DNA from: an uncultured Ignavibacteriales bacterium
GTDB lineage: Bacteria; Zixibacteria; MSB-5A5; GN15; FEB-12
Assembly (NCBI GenBank): GCA_964540105.1
Contig: CAZILL010000001.1
Span: 1,290,063-1,354,062, forward strand
Length of the DNA: 64,000 nt
Direction of reading: 5' to 3'
The notes under the pieces were generated by a model. That model searched no databases and was not told the DNA's origin. It worked only from the letters and a program-made list of their open reading frames with translations. Positions 1-9,752 of the stretch are shown piece by piece; within the stretch, counting starts at the first letter, position 1, and every line of letters starts with the position of its first letter. Position numbers and translations under genes: made by a program.

Positions 1-2
1 TC

Positions 3-1802
3 ATGCTCTTTTTCGAATTGAAAGGGATGCCACCGGACGCTCGATTCATGGAACAGGTCCTCTTTACGTGGATTCCATCGGGTGTGTTCACAGTCAATAT
101 GGCCTTCATGCTCGACCCGCTTTCCGCCGTCATGATCCTCGTCGTATGCGGCGTTGGGTTCCTGATTCATGTTTATTCTGTCGGCTACATGCATCACGAT
201 CCGGGTTATGGACGCTATTTCGCCTATCTGAACCTGTTCACTTTCTCCATGCTTGTCCTCGTTCTGGCAAACAATTATCTGCTTATGTTCGTGGGATGGG
301 AGGGGGTCGGGCTTTGTTCCTATCTCCTGATCGGATTCTGGTTTGAGAAGAAGTCCGCGTCGGATGCCGGCAAGAAGGCGTTCATTGTCAATCGTATCGG
401 TGATTTTGGTTTCCTGCTCGGATTGTTCATCATCTTCTGGCAAGTAGGGTCACTCGACTTTCGAACAGTCATGCAATCTGCGCCGACGGCATTCACAGTA
501 GGCGGAACATTGGTTACGGCCGCCTGTCTGTTGCTCTTCGTTGGCGCCACCGGCAAGTCCGCCCAGATTCCACTCTACGTTTGGCTCCCGGACGCGATGG
601 AGGGACCCACGCCCGTTTCTGCGCTCATCCACGCGGCGACCATGGTAACCGCGGGCGTCTACATGATCGCCCGCTCCAACGTCCTCTACATGATGGCGCC
701 TGATGCGCTCCTGGTAGTAGCCATTGTCGGCGCCAGCACGGCCCTATTTGCCGCTACTATCGGGTTGGTGCAAAACGACATCAAGCGCGTTCTGGCCTAT
801 TCAACAGTCAGCCAGTTGGGCTATATGTTCCTCGCGTGCGGAGTGGCCTCATTTTCAGCTGGTATCTTCCATCTGATGACTCACGCCTTCTTCAAAGCCC
901 TCTTGTTCCTGGGAGCTGGTTCGGTCATCCACGCCATGTCGAGCGAGCAGGATATCCGCAAAATGGGTGGCCTGAAGAGGTATCTGCCAATCACCTATAC
1001 AACGTTCCTGATCGCAACCCTGGCGATTGCCGGAATCCCCGGACTCTCCGGTTTCTTCTCAAAAGATGAAATTCTCTGGAAAGCGTTCTCGTCCGACTTC
1101 GGCCATCCGCTTCTCTGGGTGATCGGTTTTGTCACTGCGGGACTGACCGCATTCTACATGTTTCGCCTTGTTTACCTGACCTTCCATGGAACCGAGCGAA
1201 TGGATCAGCATACCCGGGAACATATCCATGAGTCTCCCCGATCCATGACCGTGCCATTGATGGTTCTGGCGCTCTTGTCGATCGTGGGGGGGTGGGTAGG
1301 GATGCCGCATCTCTTTGGAGTTACCAACTATTTCGAAGAGTGGCTTCATCCGGTGATGGCGACTGTTTCGGCAGGCGCTACAGAACATATCCCTGCCTCA
1401 GGCGGGGGAGAGACGGGCCTGGAGTGGACGCTCATGTTCGCCTCAGTCCTGCTCGTTGTCGGAGCGATTTGGCTCGCGCACTACCTGTATCAGCGCAACC
1501 TGAAGGCGACCACATCACTGCGGGAGAGAGTTAGCAGTGTGCATACATTGTTGTTGAATAAGTACTTTGTCGATGAGCTTTACGGGGCGGTCGTCGTGCG
1601 ACCGATCGTCTATGGTTCTGTGTTCCTGTGGAAAGTGTTTGATGTGATGGTCATTGATGGACTGATCAACGGTATGGCCGTCCTCTGGAGAGAGATGTCG
1701 GATACGCTGCGATTTGCGCAGTCGGGAAGAGTGCGCGGCTATGCCACGATCTTCGTGATCGGTGTTGTGACGGTCGTCGCTTACCTGGTCTACGGATTCT
1801 GA
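3..1802 (+). CDS. nuoL: NADH-quinone oxidoreductase (complex I) subunit L, 5' end cut by window edge
   Basis: The open frame runs from the window edge. It is a multi-TM antiporter-like sequence with NuoL/ND5 blocks (WEGVGLCSYLLIGFW, KSAQIPLYVWLPDAMEGPTPVSALIHAATMVTAG). nuoM and nuoN follow directly. Confidence 0.95.
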   Translation: MLFFELKGMPPDARFMEQVLFTWIPSGVFTVNMAFMLDPLSAVMILVVCGVGFLIHVYSVGYMHHDPGYGRYFAYLNLFTFSMLVLVLANNYLLMFVGWEGVGLCSYLLIGFWFEKKSASDAGKKAFIVNRIGDFGFLLGLFIIFWQVGSLDFRTVMQSAPTAFTVGGTLVTAACLLLFVGATGKSAQIPLYVWLPDAMEGPTPVSALIHAATMVTAGVYMIARSNVLYMMAPDALLVVAIVGASTALFAATIGLVQNDIKRVLAYSTVSQLGYMFLACGVASFSAGIFHLMTHAFFKALLFLGAGSVIHAMSSEQDIRKMGGLKRYLPITYTTFLIATLAIAGIPGLSGFFSKDEILWKAFSSDFGHPLLWVIGFVTAGLTAFYMFRLVYLTFHGTERMDQHTREHIHESPRSMTVPLMVLALLSIVGGWVGMPHLFGVTNYFEEWLHPVMATVSAGATEHIPASGGGETGLEWTLMFASVLLVVGAIWLAHYLYQRNLKATTSLRERVSSVHTLLLNKYFVDELYGAVVVRPIVYGSVFLWKVFDVMVIDGLINGMAVLWREMSDTLRFAQSGRVRGYATIFVIGVVTVVAYLVYGF

Positions 1803-1803
1803 T

Positions 1804-3387
1804 ATGAGCATAGATATTCTTTCGTTTCTGACCTTCTTCCCGGTGGCCGGAGCCGTGCTTGTTGCCCTCGTGCCAGCGGCTCGGACCGACACCATCAAAG
1901 GTGTTGCACTGATCGTAGCCGTCATCACCATGCTGGTTTCTTTCGCCCTCTACGCTGGGTTCGATCCCGTCGCGAGCGGCATGCAATTTGAAGTGAACGT
2001 TCCCTGGGTTCTGGCGATGGGGATTACCTATCACATTGGAATCGACGGGATTTCCTTGCTCTTGATACTCCTCACGACGATCCTGACCGTACTCTGCATA
2101 CTCGCGTCGTGGTACTCAATCTCGGCCAACGTGAAGGGGTATTTCATTTCAATGCTTGTCCTTACCAGCGGCATGATCGGAGTCTTCTGCGCTCTCGATC
2201 TCTTCCTGTTCTATGTGTTCTGGGAGGTCATGTTGGTTCCGATGTACTTCATCATCGGCATCTGGGGTGGTCCCAGACGGGTCTATGCGGCCATCAAGTT
2301 TGTCCTGTTTACGATGTTTGGGTCGCTCTTGATGCTTGTGGCTATTCTGTACCTCTACTTCGCCTACCATGATTATTCCGGCGCGTACACGTTCGACCTG
2401 ATCAGGATCATGCAGATGCCCCTTGCTCACAATGTTCAGATGTATCTCTTCGGCGCCTTTGCTCTTGCGTTCGCCATCAAAGTACCGCTCTTCCCATTTC
2501 ACACATGGCTGCCTGATGCTCATGTTCAGGCTCCGACCGCCGGATCGGTCCTGCTGGCCGGCGTTTTGTTGAAAATGGGAACGTACGGTTTCCTCAGGTA
2601 CTGCCTCCCCCTTTTCCCCGAAGCAACAGTTGCGTACCTGCCGTACATTTGCGTGCTGTCGATTATCGCTATTATCTACGGTGCGCTGGTCGCTATGGTG
2701 CAGAAGGATGTCAAGTCGCTGGTGGCGTTTTCTTCCGTATCACATATGGGTTTTGTGATGCTTGGCATGTTCGCGCTTAATTTCCAAGGGCTCCAGGGCT
2801 CGATTCTCCAGATGATCAATCACGGCATCTCGACCGGAGCGCTGTTCCTGATTGTTGGCATGATCTACGAACGCCGTCACACACGGCTTATCGAGGACTT
2901 CGGCGGCATTGCCAAGGTCATGCCGCTCTTCGCGACCTTCTTCATGATTGTCACGCTTTCCTCGATCGGACTGCCGCTGACCAACGGTTTCGTAGGCGAA
3001 TTCCTGATCCTGCTCGGCACCTTCAAGAGTAACGTCTGGTACGCGACCTTCGCTGCGTCGGGGGTAATCCTGGCCGCTTGCTATATGCTGTGGATGCACC
3101 AGCGCGTCATTTTTGGCAAAGTAACGAAACCAGAAAACGAGCATCTTCGAGATCTCTCGGTGCGTGAAAAGATGATCCTTGTGCCCTTGGTCGTCCTGAT
3201 CTTCTGGATCGGCATCTATCCCAAGCCGTTACTGGATCGCATCGAACCCGCCGTGAGACAAGTACTCGATCAAGTAAACAGGACTACTGTTGTAACGGTT
3301 GAAAAACGGGAGCTATCGCCAGCAATCACGGGCAACTCTCTAGAGCATGTCACACGTGTAAACTACAGCAAAGGAGCGGCGCGTTAA
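1804..3387 (+). CDS. nuoM: NADH-quinone oxidoreductase subunit M
   Basis: 527 aa, polytopic, with the ND4/NuoM block KVPLFPFHTWLPDAHVQAPTAGSVLLAGVLLKMG. It starts 1 nt after the nuoL stop. Confidence 0.95.
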   Translation: MSIDILSFLTFFPVAGAVLVALVPAARTDTIKGVALIVAVITMLVSFALYAGFDPVASGMQFEVNVPWVLAMGITYHIGIDGISLLLILLTTILTVLCILASWYSISANVKGYFISMLVLTSGMIGVFCALDLFLFYVFWEVMLVPMYFIIGIWGGPRRVYAAIKFVLFTMFGSLLMLVAILYLYFAYHDYSGAYTFDLIRIMQMPLAHNVQMYLFGAFALAFAIKVPLFPFHTWLPDAHVQAPTAGSVLLAGVLLKMGTYGFLRYCLPLFPEATVAYLPYICVLSIIAIIYGALVAMVQKDVKSLVAFSSVSHMGFVMLGMFALNFQGLQGSILQMINHGISTGALFLIVGMIYERRHTRLIEDFGGIAKVMPLFATFFMIVTLSSIGLPLTNGFVGEFLILLGTFKSNVWYATFAASGVILAACYMLWMHQRVIFGKVTKPENEHLRDLSVREKMILVPLVVLIFWIGIYPKPLLDRIEPAVRQVLDQVNRTTVVTVEKRELSPAITGNSLEHVTRVNYSKGAAR

Positions 3388-3599
3388 TGCCAGATGTCAT
3401 CATCTACACGAAGACCGGCTGTCCGTATTGCGCAGCCGCCAAGAAGTACTACGCAGAGCAGGGTGTTCCATTCTCTGAGATCAATGTTCACGACACACCT
3501 GGCGCGATGGACAAAGCCCTTGAGCTGTCCCACGGGAAGCGAATAGTGCCGATCATCGTCGAGGGCAGTGAAGTCAAGCTCGGTTTTGGCGGTGGCTGA
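3387..3599 (+). CDS. Small glutaredoxin/NrdH-like thioredoxin-fold protein (CPYC active site)
   Basis: 70 aa, beginning MPDVIIYTKTGCPYCAAAKKYY and containing RIVPIIVEG, a short glutaredoxin-like layout. Its ATG overlaps the nuoM TAA by 1 nt (TAATG). An AAAGGAG Shine-Dalgarno sequence lies inside the nuoM 3' end. Confidence 0.8.
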   Translation: MPDVIIYTKTGCPYCAAAKKYYAEQGVPFSEINVHDTPGAMDKALELSHGKRIVPIIVEGSEVKLGFGGG

Positions 3600-3638
3600 G
3601 GGTTTTGATTATTTGCGACGGTCGTCGCATAGGGAACT

Positions 3639-5090
3639 ATGAAGGACTACACATCAACATTGTCAATTGACTTCAGCCTCATTTACCCCGAGCTACTGCT
3701 GCTCGCGGTAGCTTCGCTCATTCTTCTGATCTGTTTTTCGCCGCGATTATCGAAGGTTGTCCCACCATTGGCTTTCCTTGGACTTTCCGTTTCACTCATT
3801 CTTGTCATCGATCAGTGGGGAAGGCAGGAAAGCGGATTTGCAGGCATGGTGCTTGTAGATCAATTTGCTGTTCTGTTCAAGATGATCTTCGTCGTGGCAT
3901 CAGCCCTGTCGGTGCTGATAGCGTATCCCTATCTTCGACACAAAGGAATCGCGCGTCCCGAATTCTACGCTCTCATCCTCTTCTCGACCATAGGGATGAT
4001 CGTCATGGCCGGAAGTTCCGATCTGATCGTCATGTTCCTCGGACTGGAGATCATGTCGTTGCCGCTCTATGTGATGGCAGGCTTCAACCGTCGCTCACTT
4101 GATTCTAATGAAGCCGGGATGAAGTACTTCGTCATGGGGGCATTCGCGACCGGTTTTCTGTTGCTTGGTATCGCGTTTGTCTTTGGGGCTGCCGAGACTA
4201 CAAATCTGCGCCGGATCGTCGCCGACATAGCATATATCGCCGCCAACAGTCCCACCTATCTTTACGCCGGGGCGGCTCTGCTGCTCATCGGCTTTGGTTT
4301 CAAGGTCGCTGCTGTTCCGTTCCACAGCTGGGTTCCAGATGTTTACCAAGGAGCCCCGACACCGGTGACCGCTTTCTTTTCAGTCGCCCCCAAAGCGGCC
4401 GGCTTTGCTGCCCTTCTGCGCATCTTCAGTTACGGCCTGGCCGACCTGCACCTGCTTACTCAGGTCTTCTGGGTATTGGCGGTCCTGACTATGTCGGTCG
4501 GCAACATCCTGGCGCTGCGTCAGGACAACGTCAAACGGATGCTCGCCTATTCCTCAATCTCGCACGCGGGTTATATCTTGGTGGCGTTAACCGCGGGTGG
4601 AAGCGACGCCGTGGCATCGGCGATGTTCTATCTGGTCGGCTATATGTTTTTCAATCTCGGCGCGTTCGCGGTCATCTCGCTGTTGGAGATGCGGGCCGCG
4701 TGTCGTTCAGATTTCACGGAATTGGCGGGATTGTCAGGAACGAATCCCTACCTTTCACTCATTCTCGCCGTGTTCATGTTCGCCCTTGCCGGATTTCCTC
4801 CGACCGTCGGCTTTCTCGGAAAGTTCTACATCTTCTCGTCAGCGGTGAAATCAGGTCTCATCTGGCTGACCGTCATCGGCGTAATGAACTCTTTTGTCTC
4901 TGTCTACTACTACCTTCGCGTTGTCAAAGTCAGCTACTTTGACGATGTCGCCACTCCAATGGTCCGCGCCAATACCAGCTTCTCGATCTCGGTCGTACTC
5001 GGTCTTGCAATGCTTGGAACGATCGGACTTGGCCTCTTCCCACAACAATTGTTTGAACTTTCGAAGAGCGCTCTCTTCGCGTTTCTGTAA
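3639..5090 (+). CDS. nuoN: NADH-quinone oxidoreductase subunit N
   Basis: 483 aa, polytopic, with the ND2/NuoN block FKVAAVPFHSWVPDVYQGAPTPVTAFFSV. It is the last gene of the nuo operon. Confidence 0.93.
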   Translation: MKDYTSTLSIDFSLIYPELLLLAVASLILLICFSPRLSKVVPPLAFLGLSVSLILVIDQWGRQESGFAGMVLVDQFAVLFKMIFVVASALSVLIAYPYLRHKGIARPEFYALILFSTIGMIVMAGSSDLIVMFLGLEIMSLPLYVMAGFNRRSLDSNEAGMKYFVMGAFATGFLLLGIAFVFGAAETTNLRRIVADIAYIAANSPTYLYAGAALLLIGFGFKVAAVPFHSWVPDVYQGAPTPVTAFFSVAPKAAGFAALLRIFSYGLADLHLLTQVFWVLAVLTMSVGNILALRQDNVKRMLAYSSISHAGYILVALTAGGSDAVASAMFYLVGYMFFNLGAFAVISLLEMRAACRSDFTELAGLSGTNPYLSLILAVFMFALAGFPPTVGFLGKFYIFSSAVKSGLIWLTVIGVMNSFVSVYYYLRVVKVSYFDDVATPMVRANTSFSISVVLGLAMLGTIGLGLFPQQLFELSKSALFAFL

Positions 5091-5111
5091 TCTCCTGATC
5101 CTATAATAACG

Positions 5112-5150
5112 GAAAGGCGAAAGCTCTGTGGGAGCTTCCGCCTTTCTGTT
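5112..5150. terminator. Hairpin terminator between convergent nuoN and the S8 protease gene
   Basis: GAAAGGCGAAAGCTC-tgtgg-GAGCTTCCGCCTTTC forms a 15-bp stem with 1 mismatch, followed by TGTTT on the + strand. Confidence 0.6.
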
Positions 5151-5167
5151 TGGGATCAACGCAGCGC

Positions 5168-7897
5168 TCAGAGTGTTAGCCAAAGCAGACATGGCTCAGG
5201 TCCGACGTTCTTTAGAAAGTCCGCCATGAAGAGAACATCACCTATGTCCACCGTGGCATCGCAATTGACGTCACCCATCAGATAGGGAGATGGCGCAGGA
5301 CCTGCCCCGGTAAGAAAGTCAACGAGAAACATGAGGTCGCCGATGTCAATCCCAAGGGACCCGTCCACTTCGCCCGACATCTTTAGTCGACGAGGGGTAA
5401 ACTGAACCGCGGTCGAGTTGACAATCATGTGTGTCGGGATGTCGTTGTTGTTAAACCAGTCCAGCGCGCGGCACTCAATCTCGGAAATCCCCACAAGCGC
5501 TGATTGGTTCAGCGTGCTCGAAGTGACTTGCTGATACTGGAACTTGATTCGACCCGCACTGGTCAGAATGATCTCGAAGTCTGTCAACGTGTCAGTATTG
5601 ATGAAGTTCGACAGGCGGTACCATTCGATCACGGTCGTATCTTGTGTCAGGTTCTTGTAAACGTACACTCCGGCCTGCGGCACTTTTACGCTGTCGATGA
5701 GCAGGTCGCTCCACAGAGCAGACACGAAGGTCTTGAACGGTACTCCAGGTATTGGGAGACCGGAGAAGAATCCTCCAACATTCAGGTTGATGTCAGTGAA
5801 GGAAATGGCGCCGTTGACACCGACAAACATATTCGAATAAGAGGAGTCGAAGTACGGGAAGTTAAAACCAATAAGAACGGGCCCAGTTGTGCCGTCGTCC
5901 CGAGGGTCGGTGCCGCTGCCATAGTATGATGTATTCGGTATCTTCGAGCCGAGAGTCCGGGCGTCGATCCACGCGAATCCCGGGCCTCCTGCCTCCCACG
6001 AAGCGACGGCGGCGTAGGTTGTGTCGGCACACGGCACGCGGAGAAACACAGGTATCTGGGACAATGAGTCAAGCGGTAATGGCGTGGGGCCCCAGTGAAT
6101 CTGCACTATCCCTTTGTACTGTGCAACTCGTGACGGCAGGATCGCGGCGTCAACTGTTATATCGATTCTTGCCGAATCGGACGGGTTGATTGTTCCAGCG
6201 CTGGGGTTGGTTCGCAACCAATCCGGAGTGAGCGCTTTCGCGAGGCTATCATTACCGGATACGGTGAACGCTACTGGTGTCGATGTCGAGCGATTATGAA
6301 GCCAGACAGGAGTGGTTATCATGACACCCTGCGAGAGGGAAGTGTCGATCAGAATCGGACTGACAGCCAGTGACGGAGGTCCTGTGAGCGCGGCAAACGC
6401 CGCGAACAGGTCGGGGCGAGGACCAATATGTGTTGAAAGATCCCCGAGCTGCGGGCTTCCGGTGGCAACGAGCAGAGTGCGAATCACATCGGCCGTGAGA
6501 TAAGTTCCATACAGCGCCTTGTAGCGCCCTTGAAGGCAGGCCACGCTTCCGGTAACAATCGGCGACGCCGACGACGTTCCCGAAAAGGAAGCCGTGTAGT
6601 ACTGATTCTCATCTCCGCCGCCGGTGAACATATCCCCGTAGCCGGTCGTATAAACACCACTTCCATAGCCTTGCAGATTGACTCGATTCCCATAGTTGGA
6701 GAAGCTCAGACGGCGACGATCGTTGGCGGAGGCGGCCGGATACCCGGCCCCGGCGACAATCGCGTGCGAGTTTCGATACAAGGTGTCGAAAAGTTGGCCG
6801 TACAAGAGGGGATCATCAAAGTTCTCAGCGCCGTTGCCGGCGGCTTCGATGACCGTGACTCCCTTGGCCCAGGCGTACTGTATGGCATCGAAGTTGTCCT
6901 GCCAGTATTCCATGCAGACGTATCCTTTTTGGTCTTGGCGGGACTGGAAACCGTAATGCGGCCCCGGGGCGTGCAATTCTATCAGAATCAAATCCCCGGC
7001 CGAGAGATTATTGGCGGCCGTGTAGATTGCTTCTGCAGCTGACATCGAACCGATCGACACCATGCCAACGTCGGCGCCATAGCAGATTCCAGTCATTCCG
7101 TAACCGTTGTTGCCTGCGATCATCTCGCCAAGGACGGCGGTGCCGTGATCTCGCCAGCTCTGGTCATTAATGGGTGCACCGGCAATGATACCGCCGACTG
7201 CCTTATCCAGATCCTCATGAGTTGTCTTCCAGTTCCCTTCGACGTCGACAATCTTCACGCCGGTGCCATCTCCGCCCGGCAAGGTGTTGGCGTAGTCGGC
7301 ATCGACACCGCCCGGCGCTACCTTGCGGTAGTCCTGTCCCGGCTGATAGTTCGGAGTCGGGGGAGCAATATCCCCGGCCGGCTCAGGGAGTGGGGCAATG
7401 TATGCCGTCTCGATCTCATCCTGCTGATTCAGATCGCGAACAAGCGCCTCGGCTTCTGCAGGTGACGTTACTTCAACCCGGAAGTACCCATTCAAATCCG
7501 CCAGCTGGCGGCGCGAGTTGAGCTGCATCTCTTGTCTGGTTTGATCGATTGACTCTTCGGTTTGCGTATTGAAGAGCCTGCGTACCCGTGAAGCGAGATA
7601 TGGAGTGAGTGCACTTTGAGATGCACTCAAGGACAGATTCTGCTTTGAAACGAGCTGTCCGCCGCGCATTCGCACCTGAGCTGCATCTTTGAACTTGACC
7701 ACAACGTGGGAAATTCTGGCAGTCGGCGACACGCTTACATTGGGCAGCTTGGCGTTGGGCGCGCTTACTGTCGTTGTGTTCTGTGCTGTGACTTTCCGTG
7801 TCTGTTCTGCAGTTTCGCCGCTGGACCACAGAAGTACTGCGGCACAGAGGGAAGTAAGAACTGCCGTCGCAAAAGCGATAGCCTTTCGTGGCGTCAT
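5168..7897 (-). CDS. Secreted subtilisin-like serine protease (peptidase S8) with a tandem dockerin-like C-terminal module
   Basis: It has an N-terminal signal peptide. The Asp/His/Ser triad contexts are VKIVDVEGNW, HGTAVLGEM and GTSSASPIVTG. The C-terminus carries two ~28-aa repeats (GEVDGSLGIDIGDLMFLVDFLTGAGPAP and GDVNCDATVDIGDVLFMADFLKNVGPEP). Confidence 0.85.
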   Translation of the reverse strand: MTPRKAIAFATAVLTSLCAAVLLWSSGETAEQTRKVTAQNTTTVSAPNAKLPNVSVSPTARISHVVVKFKDAAQVRMRGGQLVSKQNLSLSASQSALTPYLASRVRRLFNTQTEESIDQTRQEMQLNSRRQLADLNGYFRVEVTSPAEAEALVRDLNQQDEIETAYIAPLPEPAGDIAPPTPNYQPGQDYRKVAPGGVDADYANTLPGGDGTGVKIVDVEGNWKTTHEDLDKAVGGIIAGAPINDQSWRDHGTAVLGEMIAGNNGYGMTGICYGADVGMVSIGSMSAAEAIYTAANNLSAGDLILIELHAPGPHYGFQSRQDQKGYVCMEYWQDNFDAIQYAWAKGVTVIEAAGNGAENFDDPLLYGQLFDTLYRNSHAIVAGAGYPAASANDRRRLSFSNYGNRVNLQGYGSGVYTTGYGDMFTGGGDENQYYTASFSGTSSASPIVTGSVACLQGRYKALYGTYLTADVIRTLLVATGSPQLGDLSTHIGPRPDLFAAFAALTGPPSLAVSPILIDTSLSQGVMITTPVWLHNRSTSTPVAFTVSGNDSLAKALTPDWLRTNPSAGTINPSDSARIDITVDAAILPSRVAQYKGIVQIHWGPTPLPLDSLSQIPVFLRVPCADTTYAAVASWEAGGPGFAWIDARTLGSKIPNTSYYGSGTDPRDDGTTGPVLIGFNFPYFDSSYSNMFVGVNGAISFTDINLNVGGFFSGLPIPGVPFKTFVSALWSDLLIDSVKVPQAGVYVYKNLTQDTTVIEWYRLSNFINTDTLTDFEIILTSAGRIKFQYQQVTSSTLNQSALVGISEIECRALDWFNNNDIPTHMIVNSTAVQFTPRRLKMSGEVDGSLGIDIGDLMFLVDFLTGAGPAPSPYLMGDVNCDATVDIGDVLFMADFLKNVGPEPCLLWLTL

Positions 7898-8068
7898 GAA
7901 GCCTCCGTATGTATCTCAAGACCCTGTGTAAAGTACAATCGCGCGGGTAGCAGATTGTGATGACACAAGAAATATATTCTCAACCGATCACTTGTCAACG
8001 AGTTATTGCGTACCCGATGTATCGGCGCGAACCAGATTGAATTGAGATCCAGCGCAGAAATTGCGCGA

Positions 8069-9463
8069 TCAACCGAGGCGCAGCTTGCCGTTGATCTCCG
8101 GCACCCGAATCGGGTATTTCCCAGAGAAGCAGCCAGAACAGAATGTACTATCGGGAAGCGATGGCATAGCCAGCATGCCGTCGATCGATAAGTACCGAAG
8201 TGAGTCCACTTCAAGGTACTTCTCAATCTCGGCCACATTCATGTTCGCTCCGATCAGCTCCTTCTTCGTGGGCATGTCGACGCCAAAGAAACAGGGGGAG
8301 ACAATCGGCGGCGAGGACACACGGAAATGCACCTCCTTCGCGCCTGCCTCTCTGATCATCTTTACCAGCTTCTTCGAGGTTGTGCCGCGAACGATTGAGT
8401 CATCGACCACGACCACTCGGCGTCCGTGAATGACCCCTTTCACAGTGTTAAACTTCACCTTGACGTCAAGGTCGCGGATACTCTGTGACGGATCTATGAA
8501 TGTGCGTCCGACGTAGTGGTTGCGAATGAAGCCAATCTCGAAGCGAATACCTGATTCTTCCGAAAACCCAAGAGTGGCGGTATTGGCCGAGTCGGGAATA
8601 CCAATGACAATGTCTGCGTCAACCGGGTGTTCACGGGCCAGCAACCTCCCCAACCGGCGCCGAACCTTGTCGACGTTCTCCCCGAATATGCGCGAATCCG
8701 GGCGAGAGAAGTAGATGTACTCAAAGATGCAGAAGGCGTGGCGAGTCTCCTTAAAGGGAGACAGAGAGTTCAGTCCTCCGCGGGTGATTTCCAGAACTTC
8801 CCCCGGTTCGATATCCCGCACGTACTTTGCCCCGATGATATCAAAGGCGCAAGTCTCAGAGGCTACCACATAGGCGTTCTTGAATTTCCCTAATGCCAAA
8901 GGCCGGAATCCATGAGGGTCACGAGCGGCAATGATTGACTCTTCAGTGAGAAAGACGAGAGAGTACGCCCCACGCACAGTATTCAGCGCCTCGCAAATCC
9001 TTTCAATGCGAGACTTTCTCTTCGAGGTCGCGGCCAGGTGGAGAATGATCTCAGTGTCAGAGGTCGTCTGAAAAATCGAGCCCTTGGCGTCTAATCTGTG
9101 ACGAAGCTCAAGTGCGTTTGTCAGGTTGCCGTTATGAGCGACTGCAAGATTGCTGGATCGGTTGGTGATAAGAAAGGGCTGAATGTTTATGAGCGACGAC
9201 GCTCCGGTTGTACTGTACCGGTTGTGTCCAATCGCGATACTCCCTTTGAGTCGGGCAAGAGCATCTCGCGAGGAAAAGACGTCGGACACCTGTCCCATCC
9301 CCTTGTGCAACGTAATCGTGGTACCGTCGGATGCTACAATCCCGGCCGATTCGTGGCCACGGTGTTGAAGGGCGTAGAGCCCAAGATAGGCCATTTCGGC
9401 GGCTCGGGGAGAGCCAAAAATCCCAAATACTCCACATTGGTCGTGAATCAAATCTTCTGACAC
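8069..9463 (-). CDS. purF: Amidophosphoribosyltransferase
   Basis: A short propeptide precedes the catalytic Cys (MSEDLIHDQ/CGVFGIFG), followed by the YALQHRGHESAGIV Ntn-amidotransferase block. A PRTase domain is present, along with C-terminal Cys residues (CFFGVD, CSGCFSGKYP) typical of the 4Fe-4S type. Confidence 0.95.
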   Translation of the reverse strand: MSEDLIHDQCGVFGIFGSPRAAEMAYLGLYALQHRGHESAGIVASDGTTITLHKGMGQVSDVFSSRDALARLKGSIAIGHNRYSTTGASSLINIQPFLITNRSSNLAVAHNGNLTNALELRHRLDAKGSIFQTTSDTEIILHLAATSKRKSRIERICEALNTVRGAYSLVFLTEESIIAARDPHGFRPLALGKFKNAYVVASETCAFDIIGAKYVRDIEPGEVLEITRGGLNSLSPFKETRHAFCIFEYIYFSRPDSRIFGENVDKVRRRLGRLLAREHPVDADIVIGIPDSANTATLGFSEESGIRFEIGFIRNHYVGRTFIDPSQSIRDLDVKVKFNTVKGVIHGRRVVVVDDSIVRGTTSKKLVKMIREAGAKEVHFRVSSPPIVSPCFFGVDMPTKKELIGANMNVAEIEKYLEVDSLRYLSIDGMLAMPSLPDSTFCSGCFSGKYPIRVPEINGKLRLG

Positions 9464-9752
9464 GTGCTGTCGCTCCAGTCTCGGTTCCGCTCGAGAAAAG
9501 TGGCCAAGGTATTCCGATTGACTGCCACTGTCAATTCCTTTTGCGTTCTTATCCCCTCAAGATATGAATAAAAATGCATTACCGCCGAGTGTATTTGCCC
9601 TCTGTGCAATACTCGAACAGCGAAAACACCTTGATAAGTGACTGCTTTTGCGTATGTTAGGGCATACCGCTGACTTTACCGCGCGTGTCAAGACATTAGG
9701 ACAGATGTCGCACCGAGTTTGCTTTTGAGATGCCCGAGGCATAAAACAGATC

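Noticed and set aside
9517-9535. A palindrome, ATTGAC-N7-GTCAAT, lies in the purF upstream region and could be an operator.
   Set aside because: The arms are only 6 bp, and this does not match the purine-repressor boxes I know. A match of this size is expected by chance in a ~290-bp intergenic region.
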